Positions 28,801 to 42,718 are shown, counted from the first letter of the stretch. The stretch is DNA of 64,000 nt from Eledone cirrhosa (GCA_964016885.1 OZ024743.1:204290001-204354000); one strand, 5' to 3'. Numbers and translations: made by a program. The notes: a model not told the origin generated them from the sequence alone.

Positions 28801-29064
28801 GAGAAGGAGAGGGAAAAAATTAACCGATACCAGGACTTAAAGCACTAGGTACTATCTCAAAAAGTTTCCAGGGATGGTTAAAGAAAATTGGCCCCGCCAC
28901 GCTTTTTGGAACGCTTCAAAAGGAATGCTTGCTGGGAACAGCAAGAACCCTCCGATACGTCCTGAATATCTGAGGCTGCAGGTAGTGGCTTGATATTCAT
29001 TTCAACAAACTTTCCAGTTAATTAACATCAATGACTGAGACTCAAAGAACAATAATAATAATAA
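25898..29064 (+). mobile_element. Second, degenerate copy of Dong/R4 family A with nested SINE fragment
   Basis: Colinear with 19500-22900; frameshifts, deletions near 26885 and 28845; antisense SINE piece at ~26263-26370. Confidence 0.9.
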
Positions 29065-29109
29065 TTGTTTCTACTTTAGACACAAGGTCAGCAATTACCC
29101 AGTACATTT

Positions 29110-29157
<48 letters not shown>

Positions 29158-29159
<2 letters not shown>

Positions 29160-32100
29160 TTTCTTTATTAACCACAAGGGTTTACATAAAGTAGACATTA
29201 AGGACAGTGCAGGACAATACAGGACGGTACAAATAGGCATTTCTGCGTGTAAAAAACAAAAACAGAGGATGTAAGAAAAAATAACAATGAAAAATTCCCC
29301 AATAGGGGGGAGACTTCGGAGGGACATTTGTGGAGAAAGCCCAGTAAAATGCCATAATGACCCTGACCACCAAGGAAAGTGCCCTCTCCCAGTTTTCCAC
29401 CTTTAATTTACAGATATATACTCACTCGGGCCATTCTTGCTTCTCTCACCCATCTTTCAACAAAATGCTGGGAAGAGAGCACTTCCCTCTCTACCCTGAT
29501 TTTCCTTTTCAAATGAAATTTGAAAAAGTTAATCAGGGCATCACCGAAGAGGTATGTGCACGTCTTCAGCCCTTTCAAACGTGTCCACCATACTATCTCT
29601 TTCGCCATGGCCACCAGACAGATAAAAACTGCCTGCCCTTCCAGGCTAAAGGAAGAGGGCGGGGCAATCCTCATGATGGACTCAGCTGATAGCTGGATCC
29701 GTCCTACACGTGACAGCAGGTATTCGACATAAACCCACAAGTCAGCAATGCTCGGACACTGGACGAGTGCGTGCAGGACGGTTTCGTCGCCCTGCGCGCA
29801 TCTCGGACATTCCCGGCTGACGGCACCTCCATGCCTGTAGAGTTTATCCCGAACTGGCAAAGGTCCTCAGTAGCAGTGCCAGGCCAGGGATTTCTGGAAG
29901 TTGTCCATAGGCCCCGGCCCGAAAGTCCTTCCGAAGAGATTGGCTAGTTGATTTTCGTCGACGCTTAGAGTTTCTCCAAGTGCATCGTCGCTCTTCCCCT
30001 CCACTAATCCTCTATAGAACGCCAAAGTGGAGTGTCCACCGATCACATTGCCCGATTGGTCGAGGGCTGTGAGCGCCTGAAGACATTCCAGTCTCCAAGC
30101 GCTCCCTCTCGGTCTTCGCTTGACCCAGGACTGCAGCTCCGTCAAGGAGACGAGCTGGGGAAAGACGTGTCTAGCAAACGGCGACCACACCTGATCACCG
30201 TCGAGGAACAGGTGGAGATGTCGTAGCCTGAGCGCGTGTCTGCGCATCATCATCCACGGCATGCCCAGCCCTCCACGTAGCGGGTGTTTACAGCAGATGG
30301 ACCGCCTGACCATCGGAGCGCGTCCCTTCCACAAAAAGCGAAAGAGCAAACGCTCCAGCGCAGTCAGGCGGGGCTTAGGACAAGGTACGACGGTCAGGCG
30401 GTAGTAGTTGACTAACGCGATGTACGCGTTGGCTACCTCCGCTTGACCTTTCAGGGATCGCTTCCTCTCCGCTCATTTCTGGGTGAGAGAAGCCACCCTG
30501 CTCGTCACCTCGTCCCAGTTTTTGTCTGTATGGAGGTCCGGACCGATCCAGACCCCTAGCAATTTAACCGGTCCGTCCGTCCAGCGCCCGACGACGCTGT
30601 TGGGCGGCATGGACCTGCCTCTCCAGGTGCCGAGCTGCAGGCCCACTGACTTTTCCTGGTTGATCATTGCTCCTGTCACCGCTTCGTATTCTCTTAGTGT
30701 AGTGCCGATCGCCTCGATGTGTTTGGCGTTCGACACCACTACGGTGACATCGCCCGCATATGCTGACACGGATATTCCGCATCCTAGTTCGCGCGGGACA
30801 CCCCTCAACGTTTCCAGTTTGTGCAGTAATGGCTCGAGAGTCAATATGTACAAGAGGGACGAGAGGGGACATCCTTGGCGGACCGAGCGCATGATGTTGA
30901 ACGGTTCCGAAAGGTAACCGTTCACTCTCACCACAGAGCAGATGTCGCTGTGTATGGCAGCGATCCAGCCTCTGAAGACGGGCCCAAAGCCAGCCGCCCT
31001 CAGGACTGCCGCTAGGTAACGATGGTCGACCCTATCGAAAGCTTTCGACTGATCTAAATTGATCAAGGACCCACCCGTGCCAGGTTCCCTAGCTACGCTC
31101 TCTACGATGTATCGCAGGTGGAGGGGGAGGTTGTCGTGGATGGATCTGTCGGGATTGGCGCATGTCTGCGCCTCTTCCACCAGACCACCAACGACAAGCG
31201 CCAACCTCTCTGCTAGCACCTTGGCCAAAATCTTGAACTCTGTGTTTAGCAGAAATATGGGCCTGAAATTATCTATGTTATCCCCCTTGTTCGGATCATT
31301 GCTCTCAGCAGCGTCACAGCTCCTCGGCTCACAGAGCTGGGAATTCTCCCGTTCTGTTGCCAGTTGCAGTAGACGTCCGCCAAGAGGCCTCCGAACAAGT
31401 CTGGCATCTGTACGTAAAGTTCATAGGGCAGACCATCCAAACCAGGCGATTTACCCCTTGTGCAGCCAGTCATTGCCTCCCGTACTTCAGCGGCTGTTAT
31501 CGGCTTTTCGCAACACTCCCCCTCAGTGGCCGAGAGCGGCGGCAGTCCGTCGAGGTAGACACTAAAGTCCATCCCTCGATCCGGCCCGCCACTGCCCCCG
31601 AACAGCTGCGCAAAGTGTCGATGAAAAGCTTCACACATTTTCCCGGGATCGTGGCTTTGTTGCTACGACGCGCCTCCGCCACTCGGGCCCATTGAACGGC
31701 TTTCGTCTCCTCGTGTCTGAGAGCACGCACCCTAGCTCTGACAACGCAGCCTTCGTGCTTTGCATTGAAGAATTGGCCAAGGGCCAATATCACCGCAAGT
31801 ACGTCGGTCGCGATGCCTTTTCTAGTAGCCGGGTCCTCGTCTATGAAGCCTATCTAAGTCAAGCACACAGATCACGAATGTGTGGTCCGTGTAGCTGACT
31901 ATCTTGAATTGTGGACAGCCTATGCTAGACCTATCTATTTCCCTACAAAATACTCTATCTAGATATGATCTGGATGACCCTATGCGATTTGTCCAAGTCC
32001 ACATTGGCACATTCGGGAAATCCAATCGGTACGTGTCAGACAGTTCAAAACACCTGAGCAGGTTGGTGAGGCTCTTATACCATCCTCCCCTATCCGCTAA

Positions 32101-34112
32101 TCCCACACAGTCCCAGCGTGCATCTAAGATCCCGTTCCAGTCGCCCACTAACACTAAAGAGCGGGACGTTCCAAGAAAGGTCTCCAGACGCCGCAAGAAA
32201 TCAGGCCGCCCTGCTCCTGTCGGGGCATAGACGGCCACTATCCTAAAAGCTTGCCCGTCTCCGCTGGTCACGTCTAGCACCACCAACTTACCTCCGTGCG
32301 TCGGAGATTCTGGTCTCGCTGATGACCACTACATCTATGTTTAGTGACCTGAGGTCGTTGAGCAGGTGGCCCTGCTTCCATGACGACCCCAAGCCACGCG
32401 CATTTATGCTGCCTATTCTGAGTGAGATCATGTTGAAATGGAGTGGAAAAGATGGGAAAGACCCTTACCTTACTTCTCGTAGAGGAAGGATGGTTTATCC
32501 ATCCCTTTTCACTTCATCGTCTGGTGAAGGGACCGTTGAATCGTCCCTTCGGCTGGTCGTCGGCTCTTTTGTGAGTATATCCGAATATACTCTCCGGTTG
32601 AGTGTCCCTCCTAGGTCTCTGAAATCACCAACTGCGTTGGGGAATTTCGTTTTAATGTTAGAGTATTGTTTCTGTGCTATTCTTACCAGTCTTATGTTCG
32701 TTGGTGTTTTGATTGGTGCTGGTATTATGTAGTCGTGCTGTGAAATGTTTGTGTGTTCAATTATGTAAGTCATTAGTTTCTTGTTGTGTGTGTTTTGTTG
32801 TTGTGTTTGCGATGTTGGTGCTTGTGGTGGTGGTGTTGAAGGTGTTGTTGTTGTTTGCGGTGGTGTTGCCGCCGGCGGTGATGGTGGTGCTAGTGTGGGT
32901 GGTGATGGTGTTGATGGTGTTGCTGCTGTAAGTCTCTTTGCAGTAGCCTTTACCCTTTTTTCATTTCTTTCCTCCCTTTTCGAAGGCGACGATGCGCTGC
33001 TTCTGCGTTTGAGCCTTCTTGCGACCTTTTGCCATTCCTCTCCCACCTCACACTCCATGTCTGATTCTGTGAGGTCGGGGAGGGATACCAGCTCCAATCT
33101 TTCACTTGTTGTTGTTGGTGATGTTTGCAGTGGAGTCTCTGTTGCAGCTGCAGTTGGTATTACTGTTGTTGTTGTTAATACTTCCACTGCTGCTGCTGTT
33201 CTTGATTTCCGTGGCGTGGGTATGGGTGCCACGGACTTATCCTTCTTGGTTGCCGCCTGTCCTGTTGCTGATAGCAGTGGAGCCGGTTTCGTAAGGAGGG
33301 GGGTTTCCTCCTTTCTCAGGGTCGTCTCATTGCAGAAGGACCTGAAGTGAGTCTTCGATCCACAGCGAAAGCATTTCGGGCGTTTGGCCTCAACACTTAA
33401 GGGCAGTTGACTGCTGTTATCGAAGTCTATCACATCCGGGATAGCTTCGATGCACTCCTGGTTGGTTTGGATTAACATCTCAATGGAGTTGCCAACCCAA
33501 TCTTCTCGTACTTTTTTCTGTACTTGCAGTACAGTTGTTTTGTCCTCGATTTCGACGAGGACAGTCGCGGCCAGCCAAGAAGGGGCCATCCCGGGGGTAG
33601 TGGGTCAGTTTGACCCTCACAATTTTTTGCCCGCACCAACACCAACACCATTTCCTCGTTCCTTGGGGTCACTAAGGATTGAGCCTTTGTCTCCTGAGGT
33701 GTGGCAAAAAGCACGTCCACGGTAGCATATTTCTTGCCTCGGGTGATATGCGTTTTCCGCTGCCACACAGACCCTAAGGCTTTTTGTATTTGAACCTCTG
33801 TGGCTCTTTCCACCCTACGGGATTTTCTGCTTACTGTACGGTACGTGACCGTACAGTGCTGTTGGGTTTCGAAAAATGTTTCGGCTGCCTTGCAGATGGC
33901 TCGTTGTCCAGTTTTCGTCACCATCTTCTTTGCTTCCTGTAATTCCTCATTTGTTATAAGGATGGTTTCCAGGTTCTTTGCGATACCTGCAAACGAGATT
34001 GGTTTTTCTTTCTTGTTGTTGTTGTTGCGTCAGAGCTGCTGTTACTTTTGTTGTTGCTGCTGGTACTACGACCGCCGCCGCCGCTGTTGCTGTGGTTGTT
34101 GTTGTTGTTTGC

Positions 34113-34150
<38 letters not shown>

Positions 34151-34750
34151 TCGTTGTTTATGCTGCTGCTGATGTTGTTGCGGCTGCTACTAGTGTTTTC
34201 TTGTCACTGTTGCTGTTGCTGCTGCTGTTATTACGGCTGCTACTGCTATTCTTCATGATGTCAGACGGATGAAATGGCTTTGCGTATTTACCGCACACAT
34301 TTTTCGTCGTTGTCGTCGTCGTGGAGAAATGTTCCACGGTATGCACGTTCTCTTGGTGAAAGCTACCAGAAACTATATTTTTTCTTTTTCTTTAATGGCG
34401 TCGCTTGCGAAAGAGGCGACACCCCATTTAGAGAAGGGAGGGAGAGAGACAATCTTCTCTCTGATGTAATGACGATTGAGGAAGAAGACGGAAAGAGTGG
34501 GAGTGACTTGTGAAAATTTTTTTTTGTAGCCATGTTGTTTTTTACGGTTTAAAAGGAATATTGGACACAAAACCCCAATAAGCGGTTATTTAGCCCCGAA
34601 GGGCCAAATAAGAGGCAGAAAGACCCCTCTCACGAGGAGAATGGTCTTTTTATCTACAATTTAGTTCAAGTTTTAAACGATTTACAATTGTTATAGCGGT
34701 TAAAAATTACTATACCTTACAGAGCCGAGCCTCCGTCAACCATGGCATTC
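29158..34750 (-). mobile_element. Tx1/L1-clade LINE, both ends present, internally deleted and frameshifted
   Basis: ORF1 with CCHC knuckle CFRCGSKTHFRSFC; ORF2 APE motifs (SINARG, ISETR, AVYAP, VGDWN, SYLDR, YTDH), RT (KSPGLDGLP, LDQSKAFDRVDH, VRQGCPLS, AYAGDV), C-terminal CPRC..ETVLHALVQC; (TAA)n at both ends. Confidence 0.9.
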
Positions 34751-34780
34751 AATAATAATAATAATAATAATAATAATAAT

Positions 34781-35100
34781 TTCTTTATTAGACACACAGG
34801 GTTCACATTAAGGAAACATTAAAGACGGTACAGGACAAGACAGTGCGGATTTTTTAATGTAAAATAAAATTTATAAGAGAGACTAAGAAAATAAACATTT
34901 AAAACAAACATAACAAATTCCCCAAATGTGAGAAGACTCCAAGAATCACTCGTGTAGAAATCCCATAAATGCCACGGTCACTCTGTCCGCTAGGTCAAGG
35001 TGCCCTCTCCCAGTTGTTCCCCAATCTACAGGCGTATGCACAAGGCAGGCCCATTCATACGGATCATGCTCGCCATTCTCACCCCCCTTTCAACAAACTC
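34781..35100 (-). mobile_element. 3' tail fragment of a related Tx1-like element
   Basis: Similar to 29160-29465 (ttctttatta..ggacggtaca..gtgccctctcccagtt..ctttcaacaaa). Confidence 0.7.
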
Positions 35101-35737
35101 GTTAATAATGGAAGAAAAAATTAATTACATTGTTTCTGACTATTCCATCTTCGTTGAAAAATAAGACATCCACATAACAAGGTTGGGATTTACTGTCCAG
35201 CGACATTTATGCCACTATCATGAAATAACCACAGAAAATGGCTCACTGAATGACAAAATAACATCTTGTATAGAGATTATCTCTTATTCTATGATACTCA
35301 TTGTAGAAATTGTTTATGTGGTATGATAAATATATATATACATATACACCAGATCCAAACACAATGGAACCAAACTTCCACTGTCACTGCTTCCGTCTCT
35401 CCCCATATAATCTGGAATAGGTTAATATATACAAACAGGGAGATCAAAATTAATTGACCAATATTTTGTCAAAGACAAACAAGATATGAAATGCCTCCTA
35501 ATCTATGTATTAGTCACAACAGTTGATAGTATATCATTCAAGAATATAAAGATCTGGAAATAAATATAAACCAAATGTTGGAGCTGAAATGAGAAACATT
35601 TCCAGAGAAAATAGCAATACTAGAGAAGTGTACCGAAATTACGTAAAGGCCTTCAATATACTGGAATGAAGAACACCAAAATAGAACACTGCATCCACTC
35701 AATTCAGAAAGGGCTGCACTCAGTAACGTAGTAGTAT

Positions 35738-35805
<68 letters not shown>

Positions 35806-35820
35806 ATAGTAGTAGTAGTT
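35100..35820 (+). mobile_element. Highly degenerate R4/Dong 3' fragment followed by (TAG)n
   Basis: Residual KDKQDMKCLLI and YKDLEI, similar to the family B endonuclease end. Confidence 0.45.
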
Positions 35821-35973
35821 GGTAAGTTACTAATAATAAGCCTAGTTGTATTAAATATTTTAAGTGAGTGCAACTCAAAGTGTTTTCCTTAACCTATGGT
35901 AAAAAGAATGTTTAGAATTAATAAGCAAGAGATGTAGATATTTGAACCTGCTTTTGCACCGTCTGAGTCCGAT

Positions 35974-36295
35974 TTAGGTGTTTGTTGAATCTGCTTGATT
36001 GATTGTTTCACTTTTGATAGTTTTTGTTTCATGGTAGTCATTGTTTGTGACATTCCCCACAGTTGAGCCTGCTTTTACACCCTCTGAGTCCGACATGTGG
36101 GTTGTTGAATCTGCTTGATTGATTGTTTCACTTTTGATAGTATTTGTTTCATTCTCCACAGATGGTAAATTGGAGGTGATTAATAGACACTTCTTCGGCA
36201 ACTGTTCATAGTAATATTCACGAATTACTTTATTAAATTCATCTGAACAGTTCAGTGCCTTGTAAATGAACATGTCAATGAGATATTTCCATAAT
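35974..36295 (-). CDS. Last coding exon of host Cys-rich protein gene (Ser/Thr stalk, 120-bp internal repeat)
   Basis: Acceptor ttttatctttacag|A, phase 2; LWKYLIDMFIYKALNCSDEFNKVIREYYYEQLPKKC...; hydrophobic tail to 35889 lies in a shifted frame. Confidence 0.75.
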
Positions 36296-36794
36296 CTGTA
36301 AAGATAAAAATTGAAACAAAACAACTTTCTTAGTTTCAATCGAATTTTCAAGAGAGTAAATTACAGCAAATGAATTACACCAATATACATAGTAGAAATA
36401 CAACTTGATGTGAAAAAGGATTGAATATTTAATGTTTAAAACAGAATTGAATATTTACAAGAGGATTAAATACGTTACAATTAATACTCCCGGCTTTTTA
36501 AATATGCCTTAACATTGAATATTGAGACATTTTATGACAAGACCATTAGAACTTACGGAATTATTCTGGAAAAAGAGTATATAGGATTCAAGAGGGCAGT
36601 GGATTGGCAGAGTCATTAGAGCATCGAGAAAATGCGTGATAGCTCGGTACGTAAGCTTTATTCCATCGTTATGTTGTTCTGTTTTTATTTCTGTTAAAAT
36701 TCTAGATTTCTGAAGACGTCATAGCTGTTGCATAATGGTTATCACCGAAATATATATAACAGCGACTATGCTTCCAGCAGAAACAAGGGGGACA

Positions 36795-36838
36795 ATAGTC
36801 GATGCATTTCAGACTTAACTGGTCTTCTTCAGGACGAT
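36795..36838 (-). ncRNA. Minimal type I hammerhead ribozyme
   Basis: AUCGUC-CUGAAGA-AGAC(caguuaa)GUCU-GAAA-UGCA-UC^GACUAU; palindromic stem III AUGCAU. Confidence 0.75.
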
Positions 36839-36995
36839 GCCTCCCACACTTGCGACTGCTGGAGTTGAAAACAGTCCAGAATATATAGTTTTCTCGTCTG
36901 TGTAAATGAGGGGATTAATCTCATTTGCATATGAAGCTGCATAAGTTGACTCAACTCAAAACAGAATAGAATTAGGATTTAGCTTCAGGCATATT

Positions 36996-37136
<141 letters not shown>

Positions 37137-37826
37137 GTACATATATATATTTACATTTCTATACATATATATATATATATATATATATGTTTGTGTGTGT
37201 ATATATATGCATGTATATATATATGTATATATTGGTGCTACTGGTAACATGTATCCCAGTACAACCTGTATCATGGTCGGGTCGTTGGCGACTAAACTGG
37301 CAACCCCATCAAGGTTTCTTGGTGAAGAGGGTGACTTTTGACATCCTGCAGGACTAAAAACAAAACCTGTCAAAGGGCAAAGGAGCTCTTAAGAGTCAAT
37401 GGCCATCCAAAATCACCGGGAGAGATGACCCCTTAGCCTTTGTCAAGGCAGAATTCTAGGAGAAGGAAAACTCTGATATAACACCTGCAACCCTGATGGT
37501 ATCCAATGATGTTGACTTGTTCTTCTTTTTGGTAAATATCATCTTGGTTAAGAGAGTGAGACTGGCTTTGTGGAGTGCCTTTGCTCACTATAAAAGTTTC
37601 ACGGCACAGGCATTGCTTTATATCTGGAGATCTCTCTGCACTTGTCGTCACATGGTACCATGGGCCCAGCACTATGTGTCAGTAATTGTCACAAGTGTAG
37701 TGTTTGTACCAGAGTTTTCAAGTCGCTGGCTGGACTAAAAAGTCACACTCGTTCAGCGCATCGGTAGGGGTTCTCCTACATGGATATAAAGTAGTGGCTG
37801 TACTCGAAAACGAGTTGGCAGCCACC

Positions 37827-37858
<32 letters not shown>

Positions 37859-37990
37859 CATACATATATACATTTACATTTATGTATATATATATATGTA
37901 TATATATATATTTATGTATATATATATATATCTATATACATATAAACATACATATATACATTTATATATATATATATATACATACATTAT

Positions 37991-38085
<95 letters not shown>

Positions 38086-38129
38086 ATAAAAGAGAAAACA
38101 CAGGTAAGCATTAAGAGAAGGATTTTATC

Positions 38130-38547
38130 CAGGTATTTACGACCGTTTCATTGGTAAGTGCAACCTTATATTGCTATACTGCAAATAGCAGCCACTCAAT
38201 TATAATTGTTGTTCGCAGTCCAAATTTTCAAAATAGTGAGTAAGTTACTCTTGAAATAATTCTTAATATATAGAGAAAAACATTTATTTGGATTGTATTT
38301 ACTAGTATAGAGAGAGAGGAATCAGGTGACGGGACAAACGGAATAGTATAGAGAGAGAGGAAGGGTGAAGAGGTAGGAAGTAGAGTGTCAAACTGAGATG
38401 GAGGGAGGGGTAGAGGTGGAAGGATTCTTTGGTCAGTTTTGATAGCAGATATCATGTCGTGGAATGTAGTGAGTTAAAGAGAATTAAATTGATCATAGTG
38501 TGAAGGATGGATAGAGAGGGAGAGCGAGAGGGGGGAGATATAAAGAG

Positions 38548-38620
<73 letters not shown>

Positions 38621-40850
38621 AAACATAAAGATAATAATGACAAAAATAAAAGCAAAGAGAGGGTGAGAAAGAAGAAAGGAAAAGATAGCCAAGAAGGGGA
38701 GGGAAGGAAGGAAGAAAACGAAGAAATAGAAGAAGGAGAAGAGATGGATATATGCATTGGTTTTGTGGGTAATTAAAAGGGTTTAGATACAACAAGAGGG
38801 TATAAAGTTTAAGTATATGTAGTTTGTCAGTTGGTAGTAAAAGGTTAAGGGTTTGATTTGTAGTGCGAAAACTTCTCTTTGAGTCTATGGTTACAATAAA
38901 TCGATCTTTCGATTTTATTGTTGAGTAACTTATTCTTCGAACTCAAGATGTGGAACAGCTCAAGGTCGCATAATGGACAGCTTCTCATACCACTCCGATA
39001 TTGGGGCGCGTTCGATAATTTTTTCCACTTCAGGGTGTATTGATGGTTACTTTCCCTCAGTTGCCAGGTCTTGTTTGCAAGGGTAGTTACATAACGATGC
39101 TGGGAATGTTTCATTGCGTAACGGTGTGTATACCAACGGGCTTTAAATGTATTCCCAGTCGCTCCGATGTAATACCATTTCTGCTTGTCTGATTCCACTG
39201 TGCATTGGTAAACCAGGTTAGACTGCATACATTCATTATGTAATGGACAGGTTTCAGGTAGGTGGCAGTTACAGTTCTTATCATGGGCAACTTTGGCGTT
39301 ATTGGTGGGCTGCGATGCCTGTACAAGTGTGTTACGTTTTGTTTGCCTATTAGCGGGTGGTTGTGTATTAGATATTCTGTTGTGTTCGGTGGTGATTGTA
39401 TTGTTATTGTTGTAAATGTGCCTTTTGGTGTTGTTATGTATCTTTTTAGCGTTAAGCTTCTTAATGTGTGCCTCTATATTTGGTGCCATGGATTAAGATA
39501 GTCTAATAGATTTAGTGTTAAGGATTTTGCTGTATCTATGTGAATCTGGAAAGTGCTTAGTTATTATTCTAAAGAAGGTAGAGGGTAGGTTAGTATTAAT
39601 AGAGGTGTTAAATATGGGGTTGAACCAAATATATTTTCTACTGCGTGACTTGTTTGATTTCGATGTTGTATTTCTATTTGCCGTATACTTTGCAGTTCTA
39701 TGCGTAAGTGCGTGTGTGCGTGTGTTACCGGAGTTTGTGTTATGCGTGTTCGTGTGTGCTTCACGGAGGCTTTCATCTATATATTCTACTCTATCTAAGT
39801 GGCCTGCCTTGTCTAATGCGGTATTGTAGTATTCTGCATGTTCTTCGAAGATTTGTCGGTTAGACGAGAGGCGGGTGATCCTAAGGGATATGCTGCGTGG
39901 AATGGATTTAATTATGGATAGTGGGTCGTTTGAGTTACAGTTGATGTATGCTAAGTTTTCATTAATCTTGTGAAAGGTCTTATAAGTCGCGTATTTAGGT
40001 TAAGCGTCGCGTCTAGAAAGTTAACTGTTTTAGTGCTATACTCATACGTTATGCTAAGGCCTAGTTTTCCGAGAGTCTTTCTAATATTCTTACGGAGTCT
40101 TTCTATGCTCTGGTTATTTAGGTTCTTAACTAGAAGGGCGTCGTCTCTGTAGATTCCACCGTGAAGGTCGCTAAACTCACTTTGTAAACTATGGGCTATG
40201 TAAACACCTACTAAATCTGTGACTTGAGCCGAGTCGATAGCTCCCATCGTGATGTCAAAGTTATTTAATCTATCCTTACGTTCCCAATAGGCGTTTTCAA
40301 ATTTAATTATTCTTTTCCTAGCAGCTAATATGATTTTTATCTCGTTGTCTGTTATGTCAGAATTGGCTTTAGCGAATGCTAAGGCTTTATCCAAGGTGTT
40401 GGGGGATATAGATGAGTAATAATCGTTAATGTCAAATTGTATAAATTTAGATACTTCTTTGTTAGCTATATTGTTAAACCACTTAATTGTTTCGGTAGCG
40501 TTACCCCATTGTTTAATCACTAGTTTATTCTTCATTTGTGCTATCACTCTGTCTAATATATGTTTACTAATTTTCCCGATGTCCGATTAGGACGGGCATA
40601 TAAGTCTAATTGTGGGGTTATAATCAAAATTTACCTTGTGGTCCTTGAGGTTAAATGTGGGGGTACATGGCCTTAGTGGCTCCGTTCTGTCGTCTATTCC
40701 TAGGTGTTTGACTATATTGTGTGCTTCGTTGTTGATGATTATCAATGCCGCCTCATTAGTTTTTTTGTATTTCCTATGTAATTCCTTCCGTATGAAGCTA
40801 TTGTATGTATTTACATCCATCGGAATTCTTACAAACTTGTGGAGTTACCC
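38130..40850 (-). mobile_element. Penelope-like retroelement (RT + GIY-YIG), 5'-truncated
   Basis: LKDHK..PTIRLICP, FIQFDINDYYSSIS, ITMGAIDSAQVTDLVG, GGIYRDDAL, VNFLDATL; CNCHLPETCPL..C, LVYQCTV..YYIGAT..FKARWYTH, CPLC. Confidence 0.93.
38134..38235 (-). ncRNA. Type I hammerhead candidate (U3-A8 variant)
   Basis: UAUU-UUGAAAA-UUUGG...CCAAU-GAAA-CGGUCG-UA^AAUA at the 3' end of the Penelope element. Confidence 0.6.
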
Positions 40851-41069
40851 CTAACCGTACGTTGAAACCATCCATGAAACTGGCTTTCTTAACCAAGAAC
40901 TGGATCACAATAAGCAATTTTTTGCTTCTCTAACTATATATATATATATATATGTTTATATAGATATATAAATGCATTTGTATATATATATATACAAATA
41001 AAAGGCAGAGCTAATAACTCATACTGATACCCTGTAATTAACAAGCTGAAAGTATAGATACTGAGCATT

Positions 41070-41330
41070 ATAGTACCAGTAATGCACTGGGTAATTGCTG
41101 ACCTTGTGCCTAAAGTAGAAACAATTATATAATAATAGGGCGGTGGATTGGCAGAATCGGTCGAGGGTCGGACGCCATGCTTTGCAGCAGAGTTACGTCC
41201 CTTTTAAGGACTGAGTTCAAATCCCGCCGAGGTTAACTTTGCCTTTCATCCTTACGAGGTCGATAAAACAAGTACCAGTAATACACTGTGATAATTGCTG
41301 GCCTTGTGCCAAAAGTAGAAACAATTATAT
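41070..41330 (+). mobile_element. tRNA-derived SINE (full copy plus upstream tail fragment)
   Basis: A box TGGCAGAATCGG, B box GAGTTCAAATCC, core and tail. Confidence 0.88.
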
Positions 41331-41777
41331 AATAATATATGCAGTAATAGACACACGATTTACTGTGTTTATTGCTACCTATATTATTATGTATATATAT
41401 ATATATACATTTATGTATGGTATATTTGGCAATATACCGTATGTTTAATTAAAAACATTTAGAAGACCATACGCTATCAGTTTTAAAGTAGTGACTATGT
41501 CACTTACTTCTTTTCGCCGAAAGAAGGGAGAAAAGCTCACAGTCTATTTCACGCTGGTTGCCGTTCATTATTTGCCGTTCTGCAAAGATTAGGTATTACG
41601 ATTGGTGCGATGTATAAATGAATGTATGTATAGTATATTTGGCAATCTACCGTATGTTTCATCAGAAGACCATACGCTATCAGTTTTTTGGATTGACCGG
41701 CATTCGGTCTGTATAATCAGCTCCTGATTATTACTGGAATTCTATAAAAATCCAGCTTCTATAATTTTCGACGGAAG

Positions 41778-41841
41778 CAGGGGGTGCGGGGCTCTGATGA
41801 ACGCCAACCAGCGTGAAACACACTGTCAGCTTCTTTCCCTG
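41778..41841 (+). ncRNA. Type I hammerhead ribozyme, intact core, extended stem I
   Basis: CAGGGG.GGGGCU-CUGAUGA-ACGC(caacca)GCGU-GAAA-CA(cac)UG-UC^AGCUUC..UCCCUG. Confidence 0.85.
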
Positions 41842-42062
41842 ATAGTGTATGGTCTTCCAAATATTTTTAATTAAACATACGGTATATTGCCAAATATACC
41901 ATACATACATTCATATATATATATATAAATGTATATGTATGTATATATATATACATTTATATATATATATAAATGTATATGTATGTATATATATATATAC
42001 ATTTATATATATATATATAAATGTATATATATATATATATAAATACATTTATATATATATAA

Positions 42063-42098
<36 letters not shown>

Positions 42099-42290
42099 TT
42101 ATATATATATATATAAATGTATATATATATATATATACATTTATTTATATATATATATATATATAAATATGTATATATATATATTTATATATATACATTT
42201 ATTTATATATATATATATAAATGTATATATATATATATACATTTATATATATAAATATATTTATATATATATATATATATTTATATATAC

Positions 42291-42424
<134 letters not shown>

Positions 42425-42425
42425 T

Positions 42426-42463
<38 letters not shown>

Positions 42464-42535
42464 TAAATATATATATATATAAATGTATATGTATATATAT
42501 ATATACATTTTTATATATATATATATAAATGTATG

Positions 42536-42580
<45 letters not shown>

Positions 42581-42591
42581 ATATTTATATA

Positions 42592-42718
<127 letters not shown>

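Noticed and set aside
34590-34650. HDV-like ribozyme at the Tx1 5' end (UUC-UCCUCGU-GAG)
   Set aside because: The P3/L3-like motif is not followed by a fitting P1, P1.1 or J4/2.
36705-36800. Plus-strand CTGAAGA...GAAA as another hammerhead
   Set aside because: No stem III, cleavage triplet or stem I partner fits.
41138-41230. tRNA genes at A/B-box matches
   Set aside because: No cloverleaf; the boxes are heads of multi-copy SINEs.
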